Below are positions 1 to 20,759 of a stretch of DNA of 64,000 nucleotides, piece by piece. The stretch is from Chrysomallon squamiferum. Its lineage: Eukaryota > Animalia > Mollusca. Both the position numbers and the translations under genes were made by a program. Position 1 is the first letter of the stretch. Each line of letters starts with the position of its first letter. The stretch is taken from NCBI GenBank assembly GCA_012295275.1, contig CM022679.1, positions 20,894,001 through 20,958,000 of the forward strand, given 5' to 3'. The notes beneath the pieces are model-generated. The model was not told where the DNA came from. It searched no databases and was given only the letters and a program-made list of their open reading frames with translations.

Positions 1-26
1 TATATTTTTTTAAATTTCCATTGGAG

Positions 27-308
27 GTTCGGACGACAAAGACATGACGAGATGTCTATCCTGGCCCCCATAATGCAGTGCTGTTTGATTCGACATTCCA
101 CGTTCATAAAGCTCTCCAAGCTGTATCAAGGACCTGATCGTCTCAGTGATTTGATGAGGAGGTCTCTATCTGCAGACTCTGTCGCACCCATTTTAACTGA
201 ACTGCACCTGAAAGCCTTAGACCGACGAGTTAGGAAAATACTTCTGGTCATCGCTGACTGCCTCAGAACAAAGCCTTACCAGAGGTCATCCTGGACGACC
301 ACCTTTAA
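27..308 (+). CDS. FAM20C: FAM20C-like Golgi casein kinase paralog A, terminal coding exon only (rest of gene is upstream of the window); 1-nt frameshift near 282
   Basis: Reads FGRQRHDEMSILAPIMQCCLIRHSTF...LHLKALDRRVRKIL...ADCLR, about 56/80 identical by hand alignment to the last exon of the minus-strand paralog. Same phase-2 exon start (G-TTC-GGA at 27). The conserved end EVILDDHL* lies in another frame (282-308); the supplied ORF 52-324 runs past it. Confidence 0.85.
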
Positions 309-1010
309 GTTTGTCTCTATGTGAATCTTTATTTGTATCTTATCTTTGACATCTTTAAGTTTGGCTACAAACCAAACCTTATACATTGGTTGTGGTGGTC
401 TTTCTTAAGTGGTCTGACTATAAATCAAACCCAAGACGTAGATTATGGTGGACATCTTTAAGTCAGTAATCCAAATCTTACACACAGGCTACGGATGACC
501 GTCTTTAAGTTTAACTACAAACCCAATCCTACTGGTAGGTTGTGGTGGACTTTTTAAAGTCTGAAAATTAAGCTTTACTCTTATGTTATGTAATCCAAAG
601 CTTACACATAGGTTGCAGACAACTATATTTAAGTTTGACTACAAAATTACACATAGGTTACTATGGACTTCTTAAAGTCTGTAAACCGAACCTTAGACAA
701 ATTATGATGGACATCTTTAAGTTTGTCTATAAGTTAAATCTAAGACATAGATTATCGTGGACATCTTTAAATCTGTAATCCAAATCTTATACATGCGTTA
801 TGGATGACGATCTTTAAGTTTGTCTACAAATCAGATTTTACACTTACGTTTTAGTGGACCTCTTTAAGTCTATGTATGAACAAAACATTACATAGGTCAT
901 TGCGGATACGGATAGGTTTGTGTACAAATCAAATTTATCGTTTTGCACAACTTTAAGTTTACTGAAGCCAAGCCTGACATACAGATTATAGTGGATATCT
1001 ATATACTTAT
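293..1010 (+). repeat. Degenerate ~50-bp tandem repeat (~14 units, core GGACATCTTTAAGTTTG...ACACATAG) in the 3' UTR of paralog A
   Basis: The core recurs at about 293, 347, 397, 450, 497, 547, 620, 666, 709, 759, 805, 856 and 950. Confidence 0.8.
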
Positions 1011-1364
1011 CTGAAAGAAAAACAAAATAAAAAATCTTACACACAGATACTTGTAAAAATGTTTGTTTGTCTGAAAAATAAGTCTTGCCTATAGGTATTT
1101 GTGGGTATTTTAATAATTTAGCCGTATGGATTTATGAATTCTGAATGTTATGATAATTTTGTTGATAATGTTGCCGGTATACTCCCGTTATTATCTTTTT
1201 TGTGTAGTCTGTGAAATTTCGCCACTGTACTTTTATATGAACTACGTGTTTTTGTTCGGAGGTTGTTGTGATTGAACATGCTCGTTAATCTTCTATTCTT
1301 CAGAGAAAACTGTGGAAATGAAGGCCATAACATTAACCAAATAGAAAGACACACATACACACAC

Positions 1365-1395
<31 letters not shown>

Positions 1396-1832
1396 TATAT
1401 ATATGGATGGATGAATGTAAGTATGTATGTATGTATGGATATCCATATAATATGTTAAATACACATATATCAATATGTAATTCTGCATAATATTTTATGT
1501 TATTATTCATATTTCTCAGGGTCCAGAAGATATATAAATATGTTGAATGTATTTGTTAGTAACTACATGAGCTTTTAATAATCATATATATATATAAAGA
1601 GAATATTTATGAACGTATCTACCATGGATTATTAATTTATGTAATATAGTAGTCTGTGAATCTACAAAACATTTTTAATTTAAGTCTGTCTGTCTTTGTA
1701 TGTCTGTATTATATTTTTACATCATTCTTTTAGGTTTTTATTTTTCAATCACTATCATTATAACATAATCCGATTTCAATTTTAAAAAAATGAAAAAATA
1801 ATAAAATAAATAAATTGAAAAAAAAAGATAAA

Positions 1833-1904
<72 letters not shown>

Positions 1905-2002
1905 TAGCAGTAGAAATTTTTTATTTTATTTTATGATCATATTAAATTTCGACTATCAGCATTTTTCACATGGTATCATTTACCTTACTGGTGTTCTTCT
2001 GC

Positions 2003-2036
<34 letters not shown>

Positions 2037-2228
2037 CATCATCATCATCATCAGAACAATTTTGCAGCTGTTTAATTATTATTTTACGTTGTGTGACTTT
2101 CTATTCTGTGGTATTTATGTTCCGCCTTATTGGTGCCTACCATGTGCTTTACGATTCTGTATATTTATATCAGTAAATAAACTCATACTGCATTCGTATT
2201 TAGTTGGATTATTATAACCATTGGTTAG

Positions 2229-2540
2229 AAGAAGAAGCGGATGATGTATCATGGAATTAAAGCTTGAATTCATAGAAAAACGAGCGAGGTGTTCATGTAG
2301 TCGACTTGGATAGGCAGTACGAGCGTAGTACTTCTACGATTTGCACCATACTGAAGCTGAAGGAGCCGATAAAGGCTATAACTCCAGTCAAAGGCGTTAA
2401 AATAATTTGTCCGATCACCAAGATAAATACACTTTACAGAATCAGTTTATTTCTTTACATTCTCTTTATTATTATTATATTTTTTTTATATTAAATATTT
2501 GTCATTTATAAATACATTTTTCTTATTTAAAAACACGTTA

Positions 2541-2579
<39 letters not shown>

Positions 2580-2707
2580 TGGTTGTGAGGGCAGGAACGG
2601 ATTAATGGTATTTCAGTTCATTTCAGTTGGGAAAATGGATTTGATGTACGAGCAAACTGAGATAAGTGCTCGATCACGTAACGAATTAAACTCGTATGTC
2701 AAGGTAT
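2229..2707 (+). mobile_element. pogo/Tigger-family (Tc1/mariner) non-autonomous remnant with a degenerate transposase N-terminal CENP-B-type HTH
   Basis: With frameshifts it reads KKKRMM..MELKLEFIEK.ERGVHVVDLDRQYERSTSTICTILKLKEPIKAITPVKGVKII, a TIGD1/Tigger-like HTH. 2390-2707 aligns with 62997-63279. Ends in a truncated right TIR, ACTCGTATGTCAAGGTAT. Confidence 0.8.
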
Positions 2708-3294
2708 TTATTTTACTTAAGAAATCCTAGTTATGATTAAAACGTAAGGTTTCAGAACAAGTCAAGAACAAAAAACAAACAACAAAGCATAAAATAAATA
2801 AATAATTTAATGAAACAGTTAAATACTATTTTGAAAGATAAAATTTGGTTTTTGTTTTGTGAAAATAAATATACAGTAGCACTTTCCAACACCAACTTGA
2901 AAATAAACAACGAATTTAAATCCTTCTTCAACAGACACAGCCGTAAACATGTACAAAACATATAACTAAGCATTCAGTGCATACACACAACGGAAGACTT
3001 CTTGCACATATAAGTACACACACGCACATGCACACGTATTAAACTTGTAGAAAACGAGAGTGAGATACTGAGAGACAAACAGGCGGAAGTAGATAAACAT
3101 TTTCTTTTTCAAATAAATATAAATTTCAGATTATTATGTAACATATTCTACAGCTACTACTAAAAGTTCTATTACTAAATAAAAAGTTCTGTTGTGTAAT
3201 ATATATTCTGATTTTTTGTGTGCGTTCGCCTACGAAGGTATTTGATTTTTGTGAACATTTGTATCTCTGCCTGTTATCTTTTAACATGTTATAT

Positions 3295-3296
<2 letters not shown>

Positions 3297-3387
<91 letters not shown>
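3297..3387. repeat. (CT)n microsatellite
   Basis: Perfect dinucleotide run; source of the ERERE/SLSLS pseudo-ORFs. Confidence 0.98.
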
Positions 3388-3391
<4 letters not shown>

Positions 3392-5429
3392 TACGTGTAT
3401 ATGCGTTTAACAATATAGACACTTAAGTTTTAAGACACTGAAAAACATTTTAAATATTTCGTTTCTAAATTTACACCTTACACACCCACTACTTGAGTGA
3501 CTAGTTTAATTATTGTGAGCCATCGTACATATCACAGAACAAAACTCTTTTATTTTGTATTCTAATCGTATTAAAAACCCCATTACACAAAGTCTGGTCG
3601 CTAAATAAATAAAATAACTTAAAAGCTCTAAAGAAATAATTCCTTTACCTAAAAATACACAAAACAAGTGAAAATTCTTACATAAATTGTAATCTAGCTG
3701 ACAAAAAAATAGTTATAAAATAATAATAATAAAATTAGTAATAATAACAACAACAACAACAACAGTAATAACAGCTGCAACAACAAACAATAACTTAAAG
3801 ATAAAATTATTAAATGCCAGCAATAAATTGTTGCTGTTTCTGCTGCTACTGCTGTTGCTGTTTTATCATCCACTACAATATACCAAACAATAGATTATAC
3901 TGTATTATGTACGATATAGCATAATGCAGTATTCGATATAGTATATTTTAGTGACGTTTGTATCATAGTGTATAACAGTATTTCGTAAGTTATAAAATAC
4001 TGTGGTATTCCATAGCAGTACATAGCATACTGCGATATTTTGTACTGAATAATATACTGTAGTATTTCGTACATGATGATTCATAATGTGCTGCAGTATT
4101 TTATCTTGTATAATATACTGCCGTAGTCCATTTAACAGAGTACACTCATTCTGAACCACGGCTTATGAAGAAAACTCAGTTATTTCCCCATGCCAAAAAA
4201 ATAAAATAAGATAAAATAAAAAATAAAAAATAAAAAAATATAATCCTAGCTGGTATGTTTACAGCCATTGGCTATATATGACGCACGTGCACATCTCCAC
4301 ACATTTTAACAAACCTGTATTTTTCCGAAGCCATACGATTTAATATTCATACAAAATTTTAGTTTAACGCAAATAGTAAAAATCGAACGCTAAGGGATAC
4401 CAGTATTACGTGTATTGAATCGCTATTTCACATCCAGGACATACTAAGCCATAAAACAAATTAAAAATAAAAAAATGTTTTGTTAAAATGTGACTGGGCT
4501 GATGAACGTATGTCATTCGTAGCCCAGGGCTGTAACTTTCATAAATCTGAAGGTTAAATATAAATAGTTTCAGTTCAGTTACAACAGAATCATAAATAAC
4601 ATGACGTAACTAAGATAAAGAATATCCATCGCACATACAACGGAATTATAAATAATTCCCTTAAGAAGTAGAATAAGCAATTTTATTGTCTTCTGTTTGC
4701 AGTGAGCTTTACTTTGTTACATAACTATACACAAAAATACAATGCTGATTTCTGTAATATTAAAAATGTTTAGATTTCAAAAAAAATATTAATTTATTTA
4801 TTTTATTATATATATATATTGTTTTTTATTTTCATGTTATTTTTTTTGTTTTATTATTATTATTATTATTATTTTGCTTTTTTTTTTTTTTTGTTATTTT
4901 TATTTTAAGAACCACAGTTAAATTATTGTCGATTCGGAATGTTTATGGAGCATTAAGTTGACGTTAAGCAATCGAGAAAGTTGCTAAAACCGTATTATCC
5001 GGCTTACTTCAGTTTCCTCTGTAATTATCGAAATGATGATGATCAACCTTTCACATTGTACACGACGTTAAAGAATTTAATAACGGATTTCTTTGTTTCT
5101 TTTCTTTCTTTCATTCTTTCATTCGTTTATCAATCGAAAGTGATTTTATACAGAATATAACAAGTACAATAGTGTTACGACTGTCAAAATAAGGCTTCAT
5201 ATTTTTTCTTTATTTTGTTCTCTGATTATTTAAATTTTATACGTCATTTATTTACTTGATTGCACTTGACCTTTACTTGATGCTTCCCCTGAAGTAGTAG
5301 ATTATTTTAAAATTAAAGATGTAATTACATAGTTTTTAAGTATTTCAAAAATTAGCTCTAACAGCAATATTTAACAAGTGTACATTTAGAATGTTATTTA
5401 AAATCAGTACCTCGAGTTTTATACCCAAA

Positions 5430-5610
5430 ATCAGCACTTCATATTTTATCAAAATACGAGCACTTCACATTTTATCAAAATACGAGCACTTCACATTTTA
5501 TCAAAATACGAGCACTTCACATTTTATCATGTTACCAGCACTTCACATTTTATCATCAAATCAGCACTTCACATTTTATCATCTTATCAGCAGCATTTCA
5601 TATTTTATCA
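5430..5610. repeat. 26-bp minisatellite (ATCAAAATACGAGCACTTCACATTTT) in the 3' UTR of FAM20C paralog B
   Basis: About 3 exact and about 4 diverged units. Confidence 0.9.
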
Positions 5611-5748
5611 TATATATATATATATACTTTTTTTATCATCGAACGTACACGTCATTAGTTTATCATCAGATTAGCACTTACATAATTAGAATGTCACGTG
5701 TCATCATCCAGTCATCACTTCACGTATTGTCATCATCGGATCAGGACA

Positions 5749-12483
<6,735 letters not shown>

Positions 12484-13608
12484 TATGGAGTGTATATAAT
12501 GTTGCTGTTGCTGTTGCTGTTGTCACTCTTGCATTCCATTTTTATTAGTTGCAGAAGTCCGAGTGGCGACATTTTCTTTCCATTCTCCGTTTAGCGAGCG
12601 GCTTCAACTTGTATTAGTTGTTGTATCGTTTTTGTTGTTGTTTGTCAGACGTTCTTGAAAGCCGTCATGCCTGCTGGGATTAGCGTGTGAACTGTGACGA
12701 AAAATAAAAAATAAAAAAAATAAACCAGAAAGAAAAGACTGTCGCTTTTTTTTTTTTTTTTTTTTTTTGCGTCTGTTATTTTCCCCTTCTCTGCTTAAAG
12801 CTCAGTAAAGCGACATAGCCTTTCCGGGTGAACTGCTCGGGTTTGGAATGAGGAGTTTGTGTACAGAGATATAAATAAATGTGTTAACACAAAGTAAAAC
12901 GGGTGAACTGTATACAATAGGCTGTAAGATATTTGCGTACACACCTAGCTACGTTAACGCTGCTGTGAAACCGAGGTGACGGTCGACTGGACGTGCTTTG
13001 ACTGACTCGCTGTTTAAATGCCCGCTACCTATCTGCTCCTTAGTGTGATAGTAAAATTAAATATTTGTTATCAGCCAATAAAACAGGCACGTGTTGTGAA
13101 ATTACCGTCAGCAGTTGCGTTCACTACGTGCTGCATTGCCTTGTAATAAAAGCCAAAAAGGTTTATATAATTTGTTCAGTAAAATAGACTGAAGAGATTC
13201 TAAATAAATTTCAGTTCCCTAAGATGATGAATTTGTCTGTCTATATAATTTATTACTTTAAAAAATGCTTATCTGTCTGCACTTGTCGCTCATCCATCCA
13301 TTCATCATTTGTCCATCTATCCATCCATCTATCCATCATTCACCATCCATCCATCCATTTCAGTTTGACTTTATGCATCTATCTATCCTTCCAACTATAT
13401 TCATATATTCATTGATCTGTCTGTTGCTAATTCGCTTGCACAGACTGCGGGGTAATAAAAGTTAATATTACATAGCTAACCTTATTAAAACAAACTTTTT
13501 ATTACTTCACTTCATTATGCATATTTAAAAATCTGAAATAGTCCAGTACTGTAGGTTATAATGGTCTTTTGTGTTTTGTATGTGTTTGTATATGCGTTTG
13601 TGTGTCTG

Positions 13609-13657
<49 letters not shown>

Positions 13658-13799
13658 GAAGAAGAAGAAGAAGAAGATGATGATGATGATGATGATGATG
13701 ATGATAATGATGATGATGATGATGATGATGAAACATGGTAATAAGTAAATAAATAAATAAGCATACAAAACCTTGTTTAACCGAAAAATAAAACAAATC

Positions 13800-13866
<67 letters not shown>

Positions 13867-14749
13867 GAACTTAAAAGAACATGACCTTTTCTTCACATCG
13901 TAAACCTTTTGAAATAACTAAATATTTAATAATTAAAAAAATAATAAAATATTTTAATGTCTTTTATAATTACTTTTCTGTTTTATTAGATAGACACTAC
14001 TCTGTTGTTTATTAGTAATAACAATAAATGAGATATTGTCTTTCTAATTATTAATAAAACAGTTATTAAATATCATTTAGCAAGCTGTTTCTAAATTCTT
14101 TTAAGCCGTTCACGATCAAGATAAATGTTTTTCAGTCAGTGATGTCCAGCAACTTTATATAAAAATAATCAACTAAATTAATAAAGGAGAAAAAAAGAAA
14201 AAATAATAATAAAAGGATTTAGGTTGAACAGTATCAAATGCATAATGTCATATTATGTTTCAAGGCGATATAATGTAATATAACGAAACTGTTAGTTCAG
14301 CTGCATCTACGACAGCGATAATAACAATTACTGCTACTATTATTCTACTACCACCACCAGCACTACTACTACCACCATTACTATTACTGCCACCACCACC
14401 CACCACCACCACTACTACTGCTGCTGCTGCTGCTGCTGCTACCATTCTACTACTACTAATAAAATTATTAATATTACTGCTGCATAACATTATCACCATT
14501 ATTATTAATGATATTATTATTACAACTTCTACTACAACTTCAACGACGTCTGCTGCTAATACAGTCGCTACTACAACTACTGCTACAAGTTCCGTGCTAC
14601 TACTATTCTAATAATTATTATAACATTAATAACATTACTATCAGTAGTAGTTGCAGTAGCAGTAATAATACTGTAGTAGTTGTAATGCAGTAGTAAAATT
14701 TGTTTTTGTAATGGCAGTAATCAGAATAATGATAATAACGGTTATTATA

Positions 14750-14880
14750 AAGATAACAGATAGATATACAGTCAGACAGAGAGATAGAAAAACAGATAGA
14801 TAGAAAAACAGATAGATAGAAAAAGATATAGATAGAAAAACAGATAGATAGAAAAAGAGATAGATAGATAAAATAGACAG
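14750..14880. repeat. 16-bp tandem repeat (GATAGAAAAACAGATA)
   Basis: About 6 imperfect units. Confidence 0.85.
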
Positions 14881-14984
14881 ATGTAGAAATGTCATCATCG
14901 TACCACGGAGCATTGAAATGTCGTGGAAAGAAAGCAAAAATATAAATTAATTTATTTTCTGCCAGATTTGCTTTGTTACTCCGT

Positions 14985-14994
14985 GTCACGTGAC
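14985..14994. promoter_or_regulatory. Perfect palindromic GTCACGTGAC (CLEAR/MiT-TFE/USF E-box) upstream of the FAM20C-B coding exons
   Basis: Exact 10-bp motif in a CpG-containing patch; function is inferred only. Confidence 0.3.
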
Positions 14995-16122
14995 TCACAC
15001 TGCAGACAGCGTGACAAACGTCAGGCAGACGATAACTCGATGTGTGAGTTTTCATTGCAAGTATCAGACATTTTAAATATTAATAAGACAACGAATAACC
15101 GTGTTTGAGTTTGCCGGCGGAGATATTCTCAGTTCAGTCATTTATTTAGTTATTATTAATATTTTGTTATATCAGCCCGTAATGTTCGAATACAACACTT
15201 TGTAAATGAATGCAACAAATGTTGGTAAGTTCGAAACTAAAAGAGATGGAGAAGAATCAGAAAGGAATTTAGAGCGTTTATAAACACCTGAACTAATATT
15301 TGATGTTACCGTCCGAGATATTTCGAAAAGTGATTATGATTTTGTTTTATTTATTTATTTATATATTTATAATGTAAAACAAAATCATATATTTATTAAT
15401 TGTTTGCAAAACCAGAGTATAACTGGATAAATGTCTTTCAAGTGGTGAGGTAAATCTTAAAAATAATGATGCTCTCTCACCACGCAAGAGTTTACACTGA
15501 TGTTTGTTTTTAGATCGTTTCTTAAAAATACACATCAAACAGAAGGAGGACGCTAAACAAATATTTTAATTTTTGTGGCCTAATAGATATTAAAATATCA
15601 GGAAATACAACTGACTGAGTGTTATGTTTAGAGTTAATTATGCATGTACAGTAAGTATGGTTACAAAGTGTAAAATTTGCCTCAATAAGCACATGAAAAT
15701 TCTAATGCATGCACGAGCTCGTGTACACCAAGAGACCGATGAATAATGTTTTACAGGCGATTGTACATAATTCTTCTTTTTTTTGTCTCTCACTTTCTCT
15801 CTCTTTGTCTGTCTGCTTGTCTGTGCGAATGTCTGAATGTATGTTTATGTACGCATGTCTGTATTCGAATGCGTGTGTGTATGTGTGTATATGCATGTGT
15901 GTATACATGCAGGTAGGTGTGTTTGTGTGTTTGTGTGTGAGAAATTCCTGACTCTCTGACTTTCTAGAAATGTATTAAATATGTTTAAGAGAATGTGAGT
16001 GAGGGTCTGTAGTGCTGGGTAAATACTGTCAAAAAATACTCACTGCTGGTAGGTAAGATGACCACTGTGTACAAAATAATGTTCAGGAGAAAATTTCAGT
16101 ATCCGTGTTTTGGAAAATAGAC

Positions 16123-16163
<41 letters not shown>

Positions 16164-16659
16164 ACTAACAAACACACACAAACACATACAGGACACAGAC
16201 ACAAAAGACCACCTCCACAACAAAAATGGTTCTAGACTCACTGTATTTTATTATTTTCAAAGCTAGAGCAAGTTCTCGAGACGAAAATATAAATTATTTA
16301 CCACTCTACAATTACAGCAGTCTTAAAAAAATCTCTCAGACTTGGATTTATGGTTATTTTTACGCATGATTCCCGTTTTGGGTGAAGCCTTTTCACGTTG
16401 CCACTCTCTGACCGCGTTTGGTCACTTCGCCAGTAACACTGTGTGATTAGAAACTGTCAGTCTGCGGAAATGAAAGTGACTCGAGAATATACGGCTCATG
16501 TGACACACACGTTAATTTTCACCTACTAACAGAAAATACAAACACATCTTTAATAAATCATCAGATTCTTTCAGCTGTTAGACTTGTATGTTGTCAAGTG
16601 TCCTATTCAGCCGACGTTCCATGTTGAAAGGAAGGAAGAGATGTAATATTTAACAAAAT

Positions 16660-16930
16660 TATTATTTTTTATTAATAATACGGTTGATTCTTTATTATTT
16701 TTGATTAGTTCCCAGGAACGAGAAATCACTCAGTGAGATAGGTGAGGAAAATTGATCTTACGATCGATCAACCACTCCTCGAGCCAAAATTCTACACGAT
16801 TATTTTTAATAATACGGTTGATTCATGGTATTTTTTACGCAGTCTTCAAGAACGGGAAATAACGCAATAAGGTCGCTTAGGAAAATAGATCCTACGATCA
16901 ATCAAGCCGGTGTTCTACCACAGGGATAAG
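16660..16930 (-). mobile_element. Two tandem diverged tRNA-derived SINE 5' fragments (~137-bp duplication)
   Basis: TAATAATACGGTTGATTC...GAACG(A/G)GAAAT...GAGGAAAAT..GATC.TACGATC occurs twice. The reverse complement (GATCGTAAGATC...TGAGTGATTTCTCGTTCC) resembles the SINE head at 59796 and the fragment at 49627. Confidence 0.6.
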
Positions 16931-17291
16931 CCAAATGAGCATTCCAGGATAACGAGAAAAACTGGACAAAGATTTTGTTTTTGTCGCTAAAACATAACGG
17001 CGAGGAAAACACGATAATTTGTCTTCACGTGTTACGTACTAGTGTGAACTACAGTTTCGTCTTCATTAACGGTAAATCTAAGACAGAGATGATAAGATGA
17101 GAGAAAAATGACAGTGTGGGAAAGAAAACAAAACAGAGAGAGACAAAGTGAAATGGAAAGTGAAGGGAAAAAGAAGAGAAAGACACAAAAAAGAAAGACA
17201 AGTGAAGAAACAAAGAAAGAATGATAGAGAGAAAGAAACAAAAAAAGAAGAAATATAACGAAGATTAGGAGAATGAAAGCTGACTCCTGAA

Positions 17292-17297
<6 letters not shown>

Positions 17298-17376
<79 letters not shown>
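17298..17376. repeat. (AG)n microsatellite
   Basis: Seen directly. Confidence 0.97.
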
Positions 17377-17378
<2 letters not shown>

Positions 17379-17694
17379 AACAATTACAGTTTTAATGTTA
17401 CGTTCTAATAATTATAATTAAAAATAAATTTGTAAAATGCCTTTCTACTGACGTTTTCACTTACAAATGTTTCTTCTGAAATATATATGAACTTAAGTTA
17501 GAGAAAAACCTCTCTATAGTTTATTTACAGGAGAAATAAATATTGTTACTCTATATATTTATGTAAATTCAACTGTGCTGTCAGAGAAAACAAATTGTGT
17601 ACTTGGCTACAACGGGACCAACGAGTTCATAATACGTCAAACCAGCATAGCGACAACACCCAGCTATTTTTTTCTTTTTCTGTTTTTTCTTTCG

Positions 17695-17733
<39 letters not shown>

Positions 17734-19605
17734 TTTTATTTATTCTTTTTTTTTTTTTTTTTTTTTTTTTCTTTGTGGCTTTAGTTCTATACACCGACAT
17801 GTTACATAATTAACGTATTATTTAACTTGCTGCAAATTTTTCATTTGTAAACGCACTTTAGAGTCACGATCTTTGGTAGTCGTGAAGTCATAATTTTAAA
17901 ATAAATAATTCACAAGGAAATAAGTAATTAATAACTCATTCTCTGCTGCACACGTTTTATGTGCTATATATATCCATATTCTGAAGGTAAAGAGTACAAG
18001 AAAATATCGTGTATCTTAAAATATATGTAGATTCTATTTTAATTAAGGTGATCATTACGATATGTATTTACGAATATGTGATATGTCTTTTTGAATGTAT
18101 GCGTGAACGTAATGGATACAGAATGAAGAAAAAAAAAACAGAAGTAAAACAAATAAATATATGCATGTATATATGTGTGTGTACATGTGTATAAATGTAT
18201 ATATGCATGGGTATATGTATGCATGTATGCATGTATGTGTGTGTATGTATGTATGTATGTATGCGTAAGTGGTGTATGTATATATGCATTTATGTATGTA
18301 CGTAAATAATTAGGTACTTAGATACGTATGAGCATATGTATGTATGTTATGAGCATGAACTTGTTGTTTGGGTATTTACTGATATAGATATATAATTTCG
18401 TACCTTACCATTTCGTAATGACCATCCATCTTCCTGTCGTTTTCGCCATTAATATTTTAGTTCTGAAGTTTAGTAATTTGAAACAGTTAGTGGATTCTGA
18501 AAAACGTTTCGAATTATGGTAGATACGTTCGTCTTGGGCATACAAATGAATTTCTCCCGAAAACAAAACTGAGTTTTAGTACCGTTACAAATGATAATCC
18601 AGCAATATCCTTACAACTCATTAATTAGCTCTAGATAGGAACAAGATTCGATATATACGATCCAAGACGCTTTGCTTTCTATGGTAGACTTCCAGTGACA
18701 TGTAAGTGAAAAGGAATATTAATACAGTGTACTGCAGATGCGACAGACTCGGGCAGTTTTGACATTGTGTCAGAAATGTCGTCTGCTCAGTTTGAAACAG
18801 ATGTTTTCACTTGCTCATTTTAAGAAAAGTTACGGTTAGAAAAAAAACGACCATAAAAACCAAATTAATATTACAAGATAACTTCCGTGTGTGGATATTA
18901 TATTGTATAATATTTATTAATATATATTTATATATTAAAAATAAGAATAAAAAGTATATTTTAGACAATCTAGGCAACAAGGAAACAAAAGAGATTTAAA
19001 AACTGTGACCCTCTATATTTTTGGTGTGTCACATCTTGACTTATGTCTGTTAGTTAGACATGTTTATTTGTGCTGGGGATATTAAAATATTCGCCTCTGG
19101 CATTTTCAGAATTAATAACACTAACCTCAAAGTTTTTGTTTCTGCTAGATGTAGACAAGCCTCGAAAAAAATTCTTATGTCATTTAATTATTCCTTTTTA
19201 TTTTTTTTATTTTGTATTTATTTATTTTTTTTTTTTTTTTTTTTTTTTATTTATTTAATATTATTTTTTTTATTTTTTTTTTATGTCTTATTAATTAATT
19301 AATTAATTTATTTATTTATCTTTGGAATTTTTATATTAAACTTTTAGGGGTTTTTATCTTTCTGCTCTTATTCGTCTATTTTGTCTCTTTTTCGTTCCTT
19401 TTTTTATTAAATTTATTTATTTTTTAGTTAATTTTCTTTCTTTTCTTACGTTGTTTTCCTTCTTCGTCACTTTTTCCTTTACCTGTCTATCCTTTTCATT
19501 ATTTATACTTTCTTTAATGTACATTTGTATGTGTGGATCCTTTTATGTTCTTTGTGTGAATCTACGTATGTATTGCATAGTGCAGTATATTGTATTGTAT
19601 GTATC

Positions 19606-19639
<34 letters not shown>

Positions 19640-20114
19640 TGTATGTATGTATGTATGTATGTATGTATGTATATGTACGTACCTATGTATTTATGAATGT
19701 CTGCATACGTATATTGGTATACGTATGTTTGTTTATATGTATGTATATGGGTGCATGCTTTTATGTAAATGTATGTATACGTATGCACATATGCATGCAA
19801 TTACACTTCAAAAAAAAAAAATAAGATGGAAAACAAATTCTCAGCGCCGATTAAGAAAAAAAAAAAACGAATGAAAAAAAGAATCACCCTGGGTTATTTA
19901 CACGAAGAATTGTAAATTCTCGCGCCACTCAGGTAAGCAGACGTGTTTGTTTTGAAAATTTGACAAAATCTGTGGAATGTAAGGAATTCCTTAATTTAAT
20001 CCAGCTAGCAGCCGCACGAGGCACCTTAAGAGCTTTGTATAATCATAAAAGTAAACATTGTTATTTATAATCATAATGATGATGATTATGATGATGACGA
20101 TGATCATAATAACG

Positions 20115-20157
<43 letters not shown>

Positions 20158-20759
20158 AAAAAATTTAAGTAATAAATAAAAAAATATATATAAAGTAAAA
20201 ATAAATAAACAAGCAAACAAACAAACATTAATAATACTAAAAATAATAATGATGATCTTGAAGACAATAAATATAATAATAACAGTAATAATAAACCTGT
20301 AATATTATTATATCACCAAAAGAAGCACAACAAATAACCGCCCCCCTCACAAGAAAAGAAAAAAAAAAAGGAAAGAAATAAAAGCGAACACACAAAACAA
20401 ACGAAAGAAAGAAAAAAAAAAAAAAAATTAAAAAAAATTAAAACAAAGAAACAAATCGTGTCTTTGTTAACACTGTGTGCGCGGACAGGTTTACGAGCGC
20501 AAATACGTTACGTTATCAATATTAGCTGTGTTGGTTTATGTAATTATACAGTTAAAAAAATACTGGTTATCTACAACCTTGTCATATTGAGTTCCCACGA
20601 CTTTCATATTTCAGAAAATTGTATTAACACCAGTCAGTGTAACTAGTTCTCAGTTCACTGACTTTATTTATTATATATATATATATTTTTTTATCTCTCT
20701 CACTCTATTTATATGTATGTTCTATCTACATATCAGTCAATCTATCGATTTAACCATCC

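Noticed and set aside
293-1010. CRISPR-like periodicity here and at 5430, 8408 and 43890
   Set aside because: Whole units are degenerate tandem copies without unique spacers; eukaryotic context and no cas genes.
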